Made by a program: the position numbers and the translations under genes. The notes beneath the pieces are model-generated. The model was not told the origin of the DNA. It did not search any database and saw nothing but the letters and a program-made list of their open reading frames with translations. This document shows, piece after piece, positions 10,702 to 20,833 of a DNA stretch of 64,000 bases. Positions within the stretch are counted from its first letter, which is position 1; each line of letters begins with the position of its first letter. This DNA comes from an uncultured Armatimonadetes bacterium (GTDB lineage Bacteria > Armatimonadota > Hebobacteria > Hebobacterales > Hebobacteraceae). The DNA is taken from the NCBI GenBank assembly GCA_963716175.1, contig OY970296.1:672001-736000 (forward strand), read 5' to 3'.

Positions 10702-11936
10702 TGGCGGCCTCGGCGTGGTCTCGGACCGATGCCTTCTTCGCTGAGGCCGTGAAGCAGACCGGACTGCGCGCACTCGACTGGGTGCTTCGCTTTGCCCAGG
10801 ACGCCGACCCGGACTCGCCGGAGTACGGCGGCATCCGGAACGTCTACCTCCCCATGCGCCGGCAGTTCCGCCGCGGCGGCCACGGGCTCTGCCTCACCTG
10901 GTCGGCCTGCCTGGCGGGGTTCGCCGGCCTGGCTGCCTACGAGCTCACCGGTGACGAGTTCTACCTGGACCGTGTGCGGCTGATCGCGCGCTATGTCAAG
11001 AGCAACCAGAACCTCGACCAAGCGGACCCGTTGCGTTGCGGGACATTTGTGGTCAGCCGCGACCGCCGGTTCGTGGATGTGCCGGATGCCTCCTGGGCGG
11101 GCAATCTGTTCGTGCACCTCTACCGTCGGACCCAGGAGCAGGAGTACCTGGATCGCGCCAAGCTGGCGGGAGACTGGCTGGTGCAGCAGGCCCGCATGCC
11201 CCATGGCGGCTTCACCACATTCTATCTCCTCGATGAGCACCAGCCCGTCGCCTACAGCCATGGCAGCGATGGACAGCACGGCCTCTTCCTGGCGAACCTG
11301 TACGCGGAGACCGGGGAGGAGAAGTACGCGACGCCCCTGGTGCCCCTCGCCGACATGCTGAGCGGCGCAGGACAGCATCCGAGCGGGGCCTACTACGCCA
11401 GCCTCCGCGCCGATGGCACGCCCGTCTTCGAGGGCTGGGACGAGGAGGCGGGCCACCCGCTGATAGATGGCCTCGAGCGAGTCGTCACCGGGCCGCGGCA
11501 GAACTACTACGCCGCGCTTTTCCTGCTCGAGCAGTACCAGCGCGATAGCAACCCGCGCTATCTGGAGAGCGCGCGCCGCTGCGCCGAATGGTCCATTTAC
11601 CTGCTCCACCGCGACGGCTACTTCTCCGATTGGCTCACCTTCACCGGGGGAGACTGGGTTCCCGATGGCACTGTGGATGTCGCCTCCCCTGGCGCCATGA
11701 CCCGGGTATGGCTGGCGCTGCACCGGGTGGATCGGGATGAGCGCTGGTTGGATGCGTGCCGTGAAGCCGCCGAGTGGAGCATGCGCTGGCAGCGCTGGAC
11801 GCCGCAGTACCCGGACCTGGACGGTGCCATCATCGCCCAGCCCCTGGTGGTGGCCTACTTCGTCTCGTTCGCAGCCTGGGGGCTGCTCGACCTGGCGGCA
11901 GTCTTGGCCGGGCCATGTCACGGGAAGGGGAAGTAG
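10701..11936 (+). CDS. (alpha/alpha)6-barrel protein (six-hairpin glycosidase/epimerase-like)
   Basis: Repeated helix-hairpin motifs AYELTGDEFYLD, LYRRTQEQEYLD.A, LYAETGEEKY, YQRDSNPRYLESA, LHRVDRDERWLD; start overlaps the cupin stop (TGATG). Confidence 0.7.
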   Translation: MAASAWSRTDAFFAEAVKQTGLRALDWVLRFAQDADPDSPEYGGIRNVYLPMRRQFRRGGHGLCLTWSACLAGFAGLAAYELTGDEFYLDRVRLIARYVKSNQNLDQADPLRCGTFVVSRDRRFVDVPDASWAGNLFVHLYRRTQEQEYLDRAKLAGDWLVQQARMPHGGFTTFYLLDEHQPVAYSHGSDGQHGLFLANLYAETGEEKYATPLVPLADMLSGAGQHPSGAYYASLRADGTPVFEGWDEEAGHPLIDGLERVVTGPRQNYYAALFLLEQYQRDSNPRYLESARRCAEWSIYLLHRDGYFSDWLTFTGGDWVPDGTVDVASPGAMTRVWLALHRVDRDERWLDACREAAEWSMRWQRWTPQYPDLDGAIIAQPLVVAYFVSFAAWGLLDLAAVLAGPCHGKGK

Positions 11937-11941
11937 CAGAG

Positions 11942-13717
11942 ATGAGCGACTCCGTCGAGGTGTGGGCTACGAATGATGGGGTCCGGGTCAACCCGGAGAC
12001 CGGATGCTACTTCGAGGATCGGCGGGACATCCTCCCCGACTACCCGACTGGGCGCTATCAGCAGCTCAACCTGATCTGGGAGGGCGGCCGCGTCCGGCTG
12101 CAGGCGGCGCGCAATGAGTTCGTCTCGTTCCAGGTGGTCGTGGGCGCACGGGAGCCCGTGCGCGACCTCCGCGTTGCGCTCGGCCCGCTCCTCGGCCCCG
12201 GCGGTGCGACCCTCGGCGGGCGCAGTGTGGCCCTCTTCCGCGCCTGGTATGTGGAGGCGAAGAAGCCGTCCCATGGCTACACCAAATCCTCCCTCGGCGC
12301 GGGCTGGTATCCGGACGCGCTGATCCCGGCACCAGAGGGTGAGCCGGTCGTCTTCGACCTGCCCGAGAGCGAGAACGGCATCCCCGGCCAGTGCAATCAG
12401 ACGGTGTGGGTGGACATCTACGTGCCGCGCGAAGCCGCGGCGGGCGACTACCGCGGCGAGCTCACCGTTTCCTGGCCTGGGGGCCGGCGCGAGGTCCCGG
12501 TCGAGCTGATGGTGTGGGGCTTCGCTCTGCCTGACGAGATCCACTGCCGCGGCGATATCTACAACAACTCCCTCACCCGCATGGCGCCGGAGCTGGAGTT
12601 GCGCTACTACCAGTTAGCCAGGCAGCACGGCTTTCAGCCCGGCGTGGTCTACTACCGGCCCGGGCTGAGCATCGTCGGTACCCAGGTCCGCCTCGACTGG
12701 AGCGGCTACGACGCTCGACTGCGCCGCTACCTGGACGGCTCGGCCTTCACCGAGGCGCAGGGGTACTGGGGCCCCGGCGTCGGGCTCCCCATAGACCATC
12801 TCATCCTCCCCTTCGATTGCGAACGAGGTGACAACCGCCGGCGCGCCTGGCCCGCAGCGCGGCCCGAGGCCGGCCCGACGCCGGAGTTCGAGCACATCTG
12901 GATCGAGACGGCACGGCAGTGCCGCGCCCATTTCGAGACGGACCTCCACTGGCGCCGCGTGGGCAAGATCGTCTTCCTCGATGGGCTGGACGAATCATAC
13001 CACCAGGCGGCCTACGACCAGATGATCTACTACTGCAAGCTGCTCCGCCAGGGAATGGGCGAGCGGTGGTTCCTCAACCGCATTGACGGCGGCTATTCCC
13101 GGGAGGCGATGACGCAGCTCAACCCCTACGTGGACCTCTGGGTCTGCCACACCGCGGACTACGATTCCGAGACCGTGAGCTACTTCCGTCCGCGCGGTAC
13201 CGAGGCCTGGTTCTACGGCCCCATGGTGTATGAGGAGCAAGCCAACTCCGGGTGCGGCTCAAACACCTTCCTGGACCTGGACCTCTTCACCTGTCGCGGG
13301 GTGGGCTGGGCCGCCTGGAAGCACCGGTGCGGCTACTGCGAGTGGGAGTTCGACTGGAACGCCGACACCGCTTGGCGCGAGGCCGGGAACTACAAGCGTG
13401 AGGGAACGCCCGTGTCCTACAACGGCTCCGGCCTGCTCATCTACCGCGGCGATGTCGTCGGTCGCTCCGAGCCGATCCCGAGCATCCGCCTCAAGGCTCA
13501 CCGGCGGGGCTTCCAGGACTATCAGTACTTCTGGCTGCTGCGCCAGGCCGGCCTCGGGGCCGAGGCCGACGCGCTGGTGGATTCCGTGATCCAGACCCCG
13601 CCCTTTGGGCCGACCTCCGTCGGGAACCGCCGGATCTGGCGGAACGATCCGGAGGCCTGGGAGCGGGCGCGGCTGCGCGCAGGTGGACTGCTGAGCGGCG
13701 GACCAGGCAGCGGCTGA
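11942..13717 (+). CDS. DUF4091/GH123-like glycoside hydrolase
   Basis: AARNEFVSFQV, WYPDALIP, VWVDIYVP...AG.Y.G, FALPDE, LDE, NGSGLLIYRG, PSIRLK..RRG.QDY.Y. Confidence 0.75.
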   Translation: MSDSVEVWATNDGVRVNPETGCYFEDRRDILPDYPTGRYQQLNLIWEGGRVRLQAARNEFVSFQVVVGAREPVRDLRVALGPLLGPGGATLGGRSVALFRAWYVEAKKPSHGYTKSSLGAGWYPDALIPAPEGEPVVFDLPESENGIPGQCNQTVWVDIYVPREAAAGDYRGELTVSWPGGRREVPVELMVWGFALPDEIHCRGDIYNNSLTRMAPELELRYYQLARQHGFQPGVVYYRPGLSIVGTQVRLDWSGYDARLRRYLDGSAFTEAQGYWGPGVGLPIDHLILPFDCERGDNRRRAWPAARPEAGPTPEFEHIWIETARQCRAHFETDLHWRRVGKIVFLDGLDESYHQAAYDQMIYYCKLLRQGMGERWFLNRIDGGYSREAMTQLNPYVDLWVCHTADYDSETVSYFRPRGTEAWFYGPMVYEEQANSGCGSNTFLDLDLFTCRGVGWAAWKHRCGYCEWEFDWNADTAWREAGNYKREGTPVSYNGSGLLIYRGDVVGRSEPIPSIRLKAHRRGFQDYQYFWLLRQAGLGAEADALVDSVIQTPPFGPTSVGNRRIWRNDPEAWERARLRAGGLLSGGPGSG

Positions 13718-13771
13718 GCGGCGAACGCCCAGGGTCTGACACAGCCCCATGCCAGGTGTTGCCAGAGATCC

Positions 13772-14818
13772 CTACAGATACTGGTCGAAGAAATCCTTGG
13801 CGCTTGGCCCGTGGAACTGGTGGCCGCCTGGGAAGAGGTCTATGTGCAGCTTCCCCTCTGCCCCTGCTGCGCGGTAGATGCGCCGCAGGTGCTCGTGCGC
13901 CCTCAGCACCGGCTCCACCCAGAAACAGGAGTCCCAGATGCCGCTCTCGATCAGCAGCGGCCGGGGAGCCATCAAGCCGGCAACATCGGCGACATCGCCC
14001 CAGCGATAGAGGTGCGGAAGGAACTGTGAGCCACAGAAGTTGGCCTCGCGAACCGCGAAGTGCTCGAACTGGGTAAGGTAGCAGATGATGTCGGCCGCCT
14101 TCACCCGCTGGTCGAGCGCGGACAGAAAGGTGGTTCGGGTGCCACCCCAGGACAGCCCCATGGCGCCGATGCGCGCGGCGTCCACATCCCGCCGCTCCTG
14201 GAGATAGTCAATCGTCTTCATCATGTCCCAGATGTTGAGGGTCAGCAGCGAGAGGCCGAGCAGCAGGCCGCGGATGAAGTGCACGTTGCAGGGGTCTCGA
14301 CCGGGATAGGCATCGCGGTCGGCCCCCAGCTCGCCGAAGCCGCGCGAATCCGGCGTGATCGTGAGGTAGCCCTCGCGCGCCATCTGCACCGCGTAGTCGT
14401 AGTTGTGGGTGGCGATGTCGCTCTGGATCCCCGGCCTGCCGCCATCCTTGACGCCTGCTACCGCCTCCTTGCCAAACCGGCCGTGGCCATGCAGGCAGAC
14501 GATGGCAGGAAGTCGGCCGTGGCGTGCCCGGCGCTGGTCCTTGGGGATCAGCACATAGGCTGGCACGCTGTAATGGCGTTCGGTGTCGAACACGACCTTC
14601 TCTCGCACAAAATCGCCCTCGTCCACGCGATAGGTAACATCGGGCGCCAGCGGCACCGGTTCCGGCCACTCTCCGCAGAGCTCCATTAGCTTGGCGGCGA
14701 ACTGCTCCCGCCAGTGTAGCCAGTCGTCCTTGCTGGCACCCGCGAAGGTGAGAATGGGCTTGCGCTCCTCGGCCAGCGCGTTGAAGTAACCCATGAGCGA
14801 GTAGTTGCGGTTGGCCAT
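13772..14818 (-). CDS. Alpha/beta hydrolase (dienelactone hydrolase/Abhydrolase_7-like)
   Basis: PAIVCLHGHG, DSRGFGE, GAMGLSWGG, APRPLL, GGHQF; RBS AAGGAG. Confidence 0.88.
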   Translation of the reverse strand: MANRNYSLMGYFNALAEERKPILTFAGASKDDWLHWREQFAAKLMELCGEWPEPVPLAPDVTYRVDEGDFVREKVVFDTERHYSVPAYVLIPKDQRRARHGRLPAIVCLHGHGRFGKEAVAGVKDGGRPGIQSDIATHNYDYAVQMAREGYLTITPDSRGFGELGADRDAYPGRDPCNVHFIRGLLLGLSLLTLNIWDMMKTIDYLQERRDVDAARIGAMGLSWGGTRTTFLSALDQRVKAADIICYLTQFEHFAVREANFCGSQFLPHLYRWGDVADVAGLMAPRPLLIESGIWDSCFWVEPVLRAHEHLRRIYRAAGAEGKLHIDLFPGGHQFHGPSAKDFFDQYL

Positions 14819-15036
14819 GCCATGGCTCCTTTCGCCAACGGTGGAGTACAGCGCCCAGCACGCGATTCCTCCCGGCCGCCACCCGTCCTTTACAGGACAG
14901 CCAACCTGGATTAAGCACCCCCGCTTTTGGCGTCTCCTGTGGAACAATAGCACTAGCTAAGCCATCGGACAGTGCGACGCTGGCGCTTCCCTCGGCCGAG
15001 AGGGAAGTGTCCGCCTAGCTGCTGGGAGGCAGCGAG

Positions 15037-15534
15037 GTGTCAGAGCAAATGCCAACAACGGACAGTCGTTCGCCGGAACGCCAGCAGGCCCAGGAGGAAG
15101 CAGGGGTCAAGCACCCGGCCCTCCCAAGCATAGACGGCATCTCAGGCCTGCTCATCCCGGGCAGGCAGCGTCCCGGGCAACCCGGAGAGGCCAGCGAGGC
15201 GATGCAGAGGATCGCTGCCCTGGCCGACGCGGTGGCTGCGCTGGAGGTGAAGGCCCGGGCCGAGGCAGACCAGCTCAAGGCCGAGGTTGCCGACCTGCGC
15301 TACCGACTGGCCTGGCGCACGGGTGCCCTGGAGATCCTGCTGATTGGCGTGGCCGCAATCGCGGCGGTGATCTGGCTGACACATTGGTGGCCGCGCTCGA
15401 GTTCGCGGTCCGTCTCATCCCCCCAGGACCATAGCGGTCCGGCCGTCCTGGCTCGATGGCTGCGCCCCCTGCCAGCTCCGCCTGGGCAGTCTCGGCTGGC
15501 CCGCAGGCAGCAGGCGGTCGCATTGCCTGCGTAG
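15037..15534 (+). CDS. Hypothetical protein with coiled coil and one TM helix
   Basis: Heptad segment IAALADAVAALEVKARAEADQLKAEVADL followed by hydrophobic ILLIGVAAIAAVIWL; GGAGG upstream. Confidence 0.45.
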   Translation: MSEQMPTTDSRSPERQQAQEEAGVKHPALPSIDGISGLLIPGRQRPGQPGEASEAMQRIAALADAVAALEVKARAEADQLKAEVADLRYRLAWRTGALEILLIGVAAIAAVIWLTHWWPRSSSRSVSSPQDHSGPAVLARWLRPLPAPPGQSRLARRQQAVALPA

Positions 15535-15619
15535 AAGCATCGGCCCCGAGTAGAGATACCGCGCTGACACCCGGCCATATCCTGTAACGCCCGGGCGAGG
15601 GCGAGAGGAGGGCGGCATA

Positions 15620-15835
15620 ATGCTGTCCGAACGCAGGCGGAAGCGGGTATGTCCCAGCTGCGGCGAGAGTAAGATGGTGCGGGGGCAGAGGGTAGAGGGC
15701 GTGGCCGTCTGTCTGGCTCCCAGGACTGAAGAGGCTCCTGCTGTGACCGTTCCGGCCTATTGCGACGTCTGCTACGGCTGCGGGATGGTGACCCTGTTCG
15801 TCAGAGTCGGGGAGGCGGCAGCAGGCCGGACATGA
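15620..15835 (+). CDS. Small Zn-ribbon protein
   Basis: CPSCG...CYGCG in 71 aa; strong RBS GAGGAGG. Confidence 0.6.
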   Translation: MLSERRRKRVCPSCGESKMVRGQRVEGVAVCLAPRTEEAPAVTVPAYCDVCYGCGMVTLFVRVGEAAAGRT

Positions 15836-15935
15836 TCCTGGGGCGCGCTTCGCCCACCGGGGCGCGGACTACCTGAGGGGGGGCTGGGGCCGAGAGGGTG
15901 GCAGAGCAGTCATCAGCAGGATCTGGCCGAGGCGC

Positions 15936-16334
15936 TCACCCATCCTCGGCCGAGGATCCATCGCGTCCAGCCAGTAGCCGTGCGAACCGCTCCCTGGCCG
16001 CGGGCATAGTGGCACTGATCTTGTCAGGGGTCAGTGGCTTCACCACATAGCCCATCGCCCCGGCGCGGTCGGCCTCGCCGTTCATGCTCGGGTTCCCGGT
16101 GACGATGACGACACAGGTGGGACACGCGCTCATGATGCGGGTGGTTGCCTCCAGGCCGTCCATATCGGGCATCTTGATGTCCATCAGGACCAGGTCGGGG
16201 CTGTGCTGGAGGCAGAGGTCCAGGGCCTGGGTGCCGGCGACGGCCACCACCTCGTAGCCCTGTTTCTCCATCTCTCCACGCATCTGTGCTGCAATCAGCC
16301 ACTCGTCGTCGGCGATCACCACACGGACGGCCAT
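15936..16334 (-). CDS. Single-domain response regulator (PdtaR/EutV-like REC lacking ANTAR)
   Basis: IADDE, DLVLMDIKMP.MDG, VT, GAMGYVVKP; RBS AAGGAG. Confidence 0.88.
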   Translation of the reverse strand: MAVRVVIADDEWLIAAQMRGEMEKQGYEVVAVAGTQALDLCLQHSPDLVLMDIKMPDMDGLEATTRIMSACPTCVVIVTGNPSMNGEADRAGAMGYVVKPLTPDKISATMPAARERFARLLAGRDGSSAEDG

Positions 16335-16437
16335 ATTCACTCCTTCGTCAGGCTGCGACCTGGCCCCACACATGTATTTTTCCACGGATGCAACGCCACA
16401 TTGTCACGCTATCCAGCCATTTCCGCTGGCGGTTGTT

Positions 16438-19400
16438 TCATCCAGCTATACGCAGCAACTCGTCACTGAGCACCACGCGAGCCAGCGTTCCGCCGGCGCT
16501 CGGCGCCAATGTGAACGTCCCTCGGTACTGGCCGACCACGATGCTCTGCACCAGGCCGATCCCCATGCCCGGCTGGTGGCTCAGGTCCAGGCCCGGCGGC
16601 ACCGGGTTGCCCGAGTTCCAGATGGTGAAATGAAGCCGGCCCTTGGACCACGCCAGCCATGCCCTGACGCGGAGTTCACCATCGGCATCCGCTGCCCCGT
16701 GCTTGATGGCATTGGTCATCAGCTCGTTGGCGATGATGCACAACGTGGTGGCCGTCCTCGCCGGATAAGTAATCTCATCACCTTTGACCGACAGCGTCAC
16801 CCGCTCGCGCTCGAAGGCCCGCTGAACAGTGGCGGAGATGCGGCGCAGCACGGTCAGCAGGTTCACCTCATCTGCCCCCTCGATCAGGCCCAATTGCTCG
16901 TGCACCTCGGCGAAAGCGTACAGCCGAGAGATGGCGTCCTGAAGCATTGCTACCACATTTGGCTCGGTCTGCCCCGCGATCTGCATTTGCAGCAACCCGG
17001 CTACCATGCTCAGGTTGTTCTTCGTGCGGTGGCTGATCTCCCGGTTGAGGGTCTCGGCCAGCTCGGCGCGAGCCCGTTCGGCGGCCAGCAGTTGCTCCCG
17101 CACCTCGACCTGGTAGGTCACGTCAGAGGCCGAGATCACCGCGAGCTGGACCGCGCCCGTCTCGTCCTTGATTGGCACCACGGACCAGTCGGTGTAGCGC
17201 CCCTCCCCCGCCCGGAGAGGATTCTCGACCCGGTACTCGTGGGCCTCCTGCATCTCGCCCGTGGCCAGCACGTGCTGCAAGGCGGCCCTGCGCACCGGAT
17301 CGGGCGACACCTCATCATAGCGACGGCCTGCCAACTCCTCTGGGCTGAGGCCAACCATGCGTGCATAGCCGGGGTTCGCCCTCACGAACCGGCCCTCGCG
17401 GTCCACACTGGCCAGGAAGGGACGAGCGTTGTCCAGCACGGTTTCGAGTTCGGCCGTTCGCTCTCTGACCAGTTGCTCGAGGTGCTCCTGATGACGGCGG
17501 AGCTCCTCCTCTGCCCGCTTGCGCTCGGTGATGTCGAGGCCCACCTCCATGATGAGGAAGGAGCCGTCGGTATCAGTGAAGGGGAAGTCGAAGATATCGT
17601 AATTGCGGCCGTCCGGGCCCGTCCACTCCCACCGGTGGGGCGCCCTGGTTTCCAGAACCTTGTACGTTTCGCAGACATCGCAGGGCTCGCTGCGCCCGAA
17701 CAGATACTCGAAGCAGCGCCGGCCGTGGGACTCGCCGAAGCGCTCCCGGAAGAAACGGTTGGCAAAGGGCACGTGGTGATCGGGCGTCAACAGCACCACA
17801 TAGACCGGCAGCGCCTCCAGCACGTCGTTGAACCGCTTCCGTTCGGATTGCACGGCCTGCTCGGCCCGCTTCTGGGCGGTGACATCGCGCGCCGCGGCAA
17901 AGACGCCGCGCACGTCGCCGCGCTCGCCCCGGTACACCGAAGCGTTGTAGAGCACATCAGTCAGCCTGCCGTCCTGGTGGCGGATGGTCAGCGGGTAGTC
18001 GGTCACGAAGCCCTCGGAGAAGACTTGCCGGTACCCCTCCCGCGCTCTCTCCGACTCCGTGAAGTAATCGGAGAAATCCGTTCCCACCAGCCGCGCGGGG
18101 CGCGCCTGTCACCTTGACCGTGGCCTCGTTGACATCGGTGATCTTGCCCTCGGGGCTGATCGTGACCAGCGGGTCCGGGCTAGCCTCGATCAGGCTGCGT
18201 GCGTACCGCGACGCGGCGCGGAGATCCTCCTCCGCTCGCCTCCGCTCGGCGATCTCGCGCGTGAGGGCCTCGTTCACGCCTTCCAGTTCGGCCGTCCGCT
18301 CCTGGACGCGGACCTCCAGTTGCTCCTTTGCTTCCCGCAACGCCTCCTCGGCCTGCTTGCGCTCGGTGATGTCGGTGAAGATCGAAGCGAGCTGCCCCGG
18401 CCAGGGCGAGTAGTAGTGGTTTTCGTAATAGCGCCCCGTAGCGGCGACAAACCCCTCAGCTATGGTCGGTTCGCCGGTCTTCGCAACATGGCTGATAGCA
18501 TCGAACCAGGACCTCTCAACCCCCGGGAACAGCTCGTTGAGGGTGCGGCCGACGACCTCCCCACGGGTCTTGCCGATGATCCTCTCATAGGCCGGGTTCA
18601 CCTCCAGGAAGCGCCAGTCCACGACGTTGCCGGCATCGTCGTGGATGAAGTCCGCCAGAAGAAATCCTTCAGTCATGTTGACGAACAGCTCGCGGTAGCG
18701 CGCCTCGCTCTCTCGCAGGGCCTGCTCGCGCTCGCGGATCTGCTCCGCCATCTGGTTGAATGCGCTAGCCAGCTCCGCCAGCTCCGCCGGCCCGGACTCG
18801 CGAACGCGGGTGCCGGGCGCGCCCGCGCCGACTGCACGCGTGGACGCGCCGAGGCGCTCGATGGGCTCGGTGATCGTCCGCGCTCCCACGGTCGCCAGCA
18901 GCACCCCGAGGAGGGCCAGCAGGAGGAAAATGCTGGCGCTTCTCCCCATCCCCGCCTTGATGGAAGCGAGCACCTCCTCCTCAGAGCGGCCGGCGCCTGC
19001 CACCCAGCCTACCGAGTGGATGGGGACCGCGGTGACGACCCGCGTCCCCTTCTGAAAGCCAACGTACTCGACGAGCTTGGCCTCCTGCCCTGCCAGCGCG
19101 GCGCACGCTACGCGGTACAGCTTGCCCCAGTCGCGCTCCTGGTAGCTCAGCGATACCGCGGGCAGGCGAAACGCCAGCCATCCGCTGCTGTCAACAATGC
19201 TCACTGCCCCGGCCCCCGAGCGCCTGACGTTGATCACTTGATCCATTCGGTTCGGGTCAACCACCGCCACGACGATCCCCCGCAGTGTCCCCGCCGCGTC
19301 GCGCGCGCCATGAATAACCGAGAATCTGGCCTCCTTGGCATCCGGAGGGCGAGTGACATTCGTCACCACCGGCTCGCGGCCGCGCACGACCTCGCCGAGC

Positions 19401-19807
19401 CAGAAGTGATCGGGCCACTGCTTCCCAATTAACTGATTGTCGCTCGACGCAGCCACCCGGCCATCCGGCTCCAGCCAGCTAACCGAGATGACCTGCGGAT
19501 AGGCTTTCTGCACCTGCCCGAGGTACCAGTTCGTCTGCGGTTTCGGCAACGAGGTCAGCAGGAGCAACCCCTGCCCAACAGCCTTTTCCTCGTGTCGGAG
19601 ATCGTCGAGGAAGGCATCAAAGGACGCGGCCACCGCTCGCGCGATCTCCAGGTTGGCCTGCAGCTCCGCACCCCGCTTAGCCCGGTAGTCGTGCAGATAC
19701 ACCCAAGCCTGGAGCAGCACGATGGGCACCAGCACTATGAAGAGCCGCGTCAGCAGGATGCTTCTCACACTTCTGCGCCGCGGTCGGTCTCGTGCGGCTG
19801 TCGCCAT
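16438..19807 (-). CDS. Sensor histidine kinase (TM-dCache-TM-HAMP-multi-PAS-HisKA_2-HATPase), frameshifted near 18095
   Basis: Two ORFs (17957-19858 and 16438-18087) join inside a PAS domain (VTGAPR..LVGTDFSDYF); EISHRTKNNL H-box; NELMTNAIKH; GMGIGLV. Confidence 0.88.
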
Positions 19808-20038
19808 CGCAGTCACCTCCCAGGCCAAAGGGCCGCAATGATGGTAGGGGCCTGTCACGAGGAAGTTTCTCCCTCCGGGGACAGCAATCCTCGCGTCGGG
19901 ACGGATGGGGGGTTGGCGGCCCCGGAGGCCAGCGGCGCCGGACTGGCTCCGCCTGCCGCCAGATCGGCCGCCCTTGATGAGGGAGAGCGCGGTGGCCGGC
20001 GAATAAGCTGATCATCTGGGCCGCAAGAGGAGATCAGA

Positions 20039-20833
20039 ATGCGTTGGATAGAGCTGACGACGACCGAGATGGAAGCCGCGCGGGAACGCGCCCAGGGAGT
20101 GGCGCTGATCCCGGTCGGGAGCATCGAAACCCATGGGCCGCATCTACCGGTAGGCTGTGATGCCCTGGTCGTGGAGCGAGTGGCCGATCTGGTGGCCCGA
20201 GAGGAGCCAGTCGTGGTGTTGCCGCCCATGCCTTACACCTGGAGCCCGCAGGCCCGCCGGCACCCGGGCGCGATCACCGTTCAGTCCACTCACCTGGTGG
20301 CGTTCCTTGAGGACGTGTGCGATGAGGTCTGGCGCAATGGGTTCCCCAAGATCGTGCTGCTCCACGCCCATGGCGGCAACATCCCGATGGACACGCTGAT
20401 GCCGATGCATATGGTCGAGCGCGGCAAGCCCTACGCGCTCTACTGCATCGGCCCATGGGGCGGGCTGGACCCGGAGGTGCTTTCTCGGGAGCGGCAGCGG
20501 GCGCCCATCGGCCATGCCTGCCATGTGGAGACCAGTTCCCTGATGTTCGTGCGGCCAGACCTGGCGAAGCTGGCCAACCTCGAGGGTGAGGACATCGCGC
20601 CGCGCGAGGGGCCGCAGGTCGGCTCGGCCCAGACCGGCATCGGCTGGATCGAGAGGTCCCCGTACGGTGTCATCGGACAGCCCAAACTGGCAACGCCGCA
20701 ATTGGGAGAGGAGCTGATCACGGGATGGGCCAAGGGCGTGGTCGAGATCATCCGAAAGGTGAAGGCGGACGAGGTCACGCCGAAAGTGGTGAGTGAGTTC
20801 GCCCGCCAGTGTGGGCGTGGAGAGATGAGGTGA
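20039..20833 (+). CDS. Creatininase family amidohydrolase
   Basis: PVGSIETHGPHLP...D, HAHGGN, GHACHVETS. Confidence 0.92.
   Translation: MRWIELTTTEMEAARERAQGVALIPVGSIETHGPHLPVGCDALVVERVADLVAREEPVVVLPPMPYTWSPQARRHPGAITVQSTHLVAFLEDVCDEVWRNGFPKIVLLHAHGGNIPMDTLMPMHMVERGKPYALYCIGPWGGLDPEVLSRERQRAPIGHACHVETSSLMFVRPDLAKLANLEGEDIAPREGPQVGSAQTGIGWIERSPYGVIGQPKLATPQLGEELITGWAKGVVEIIRKVKADEVTPKVVSEFARQCGRGEMR

Noticed and set aside
18085-18105. Programmed frameshift in the kinase or other split genes
   Set aside because: No slippery heptamer is present; the pattern fits assembly indels.
16372-18117. Long + strand ORF (581 aa) and many other long antisense ORFs (e.g. 48203-49456, 58131-59792, 10635-11921)
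   Set aside because: These are shadow ORFs opposite well-supported genes in high-GC DNA and show no motifs.
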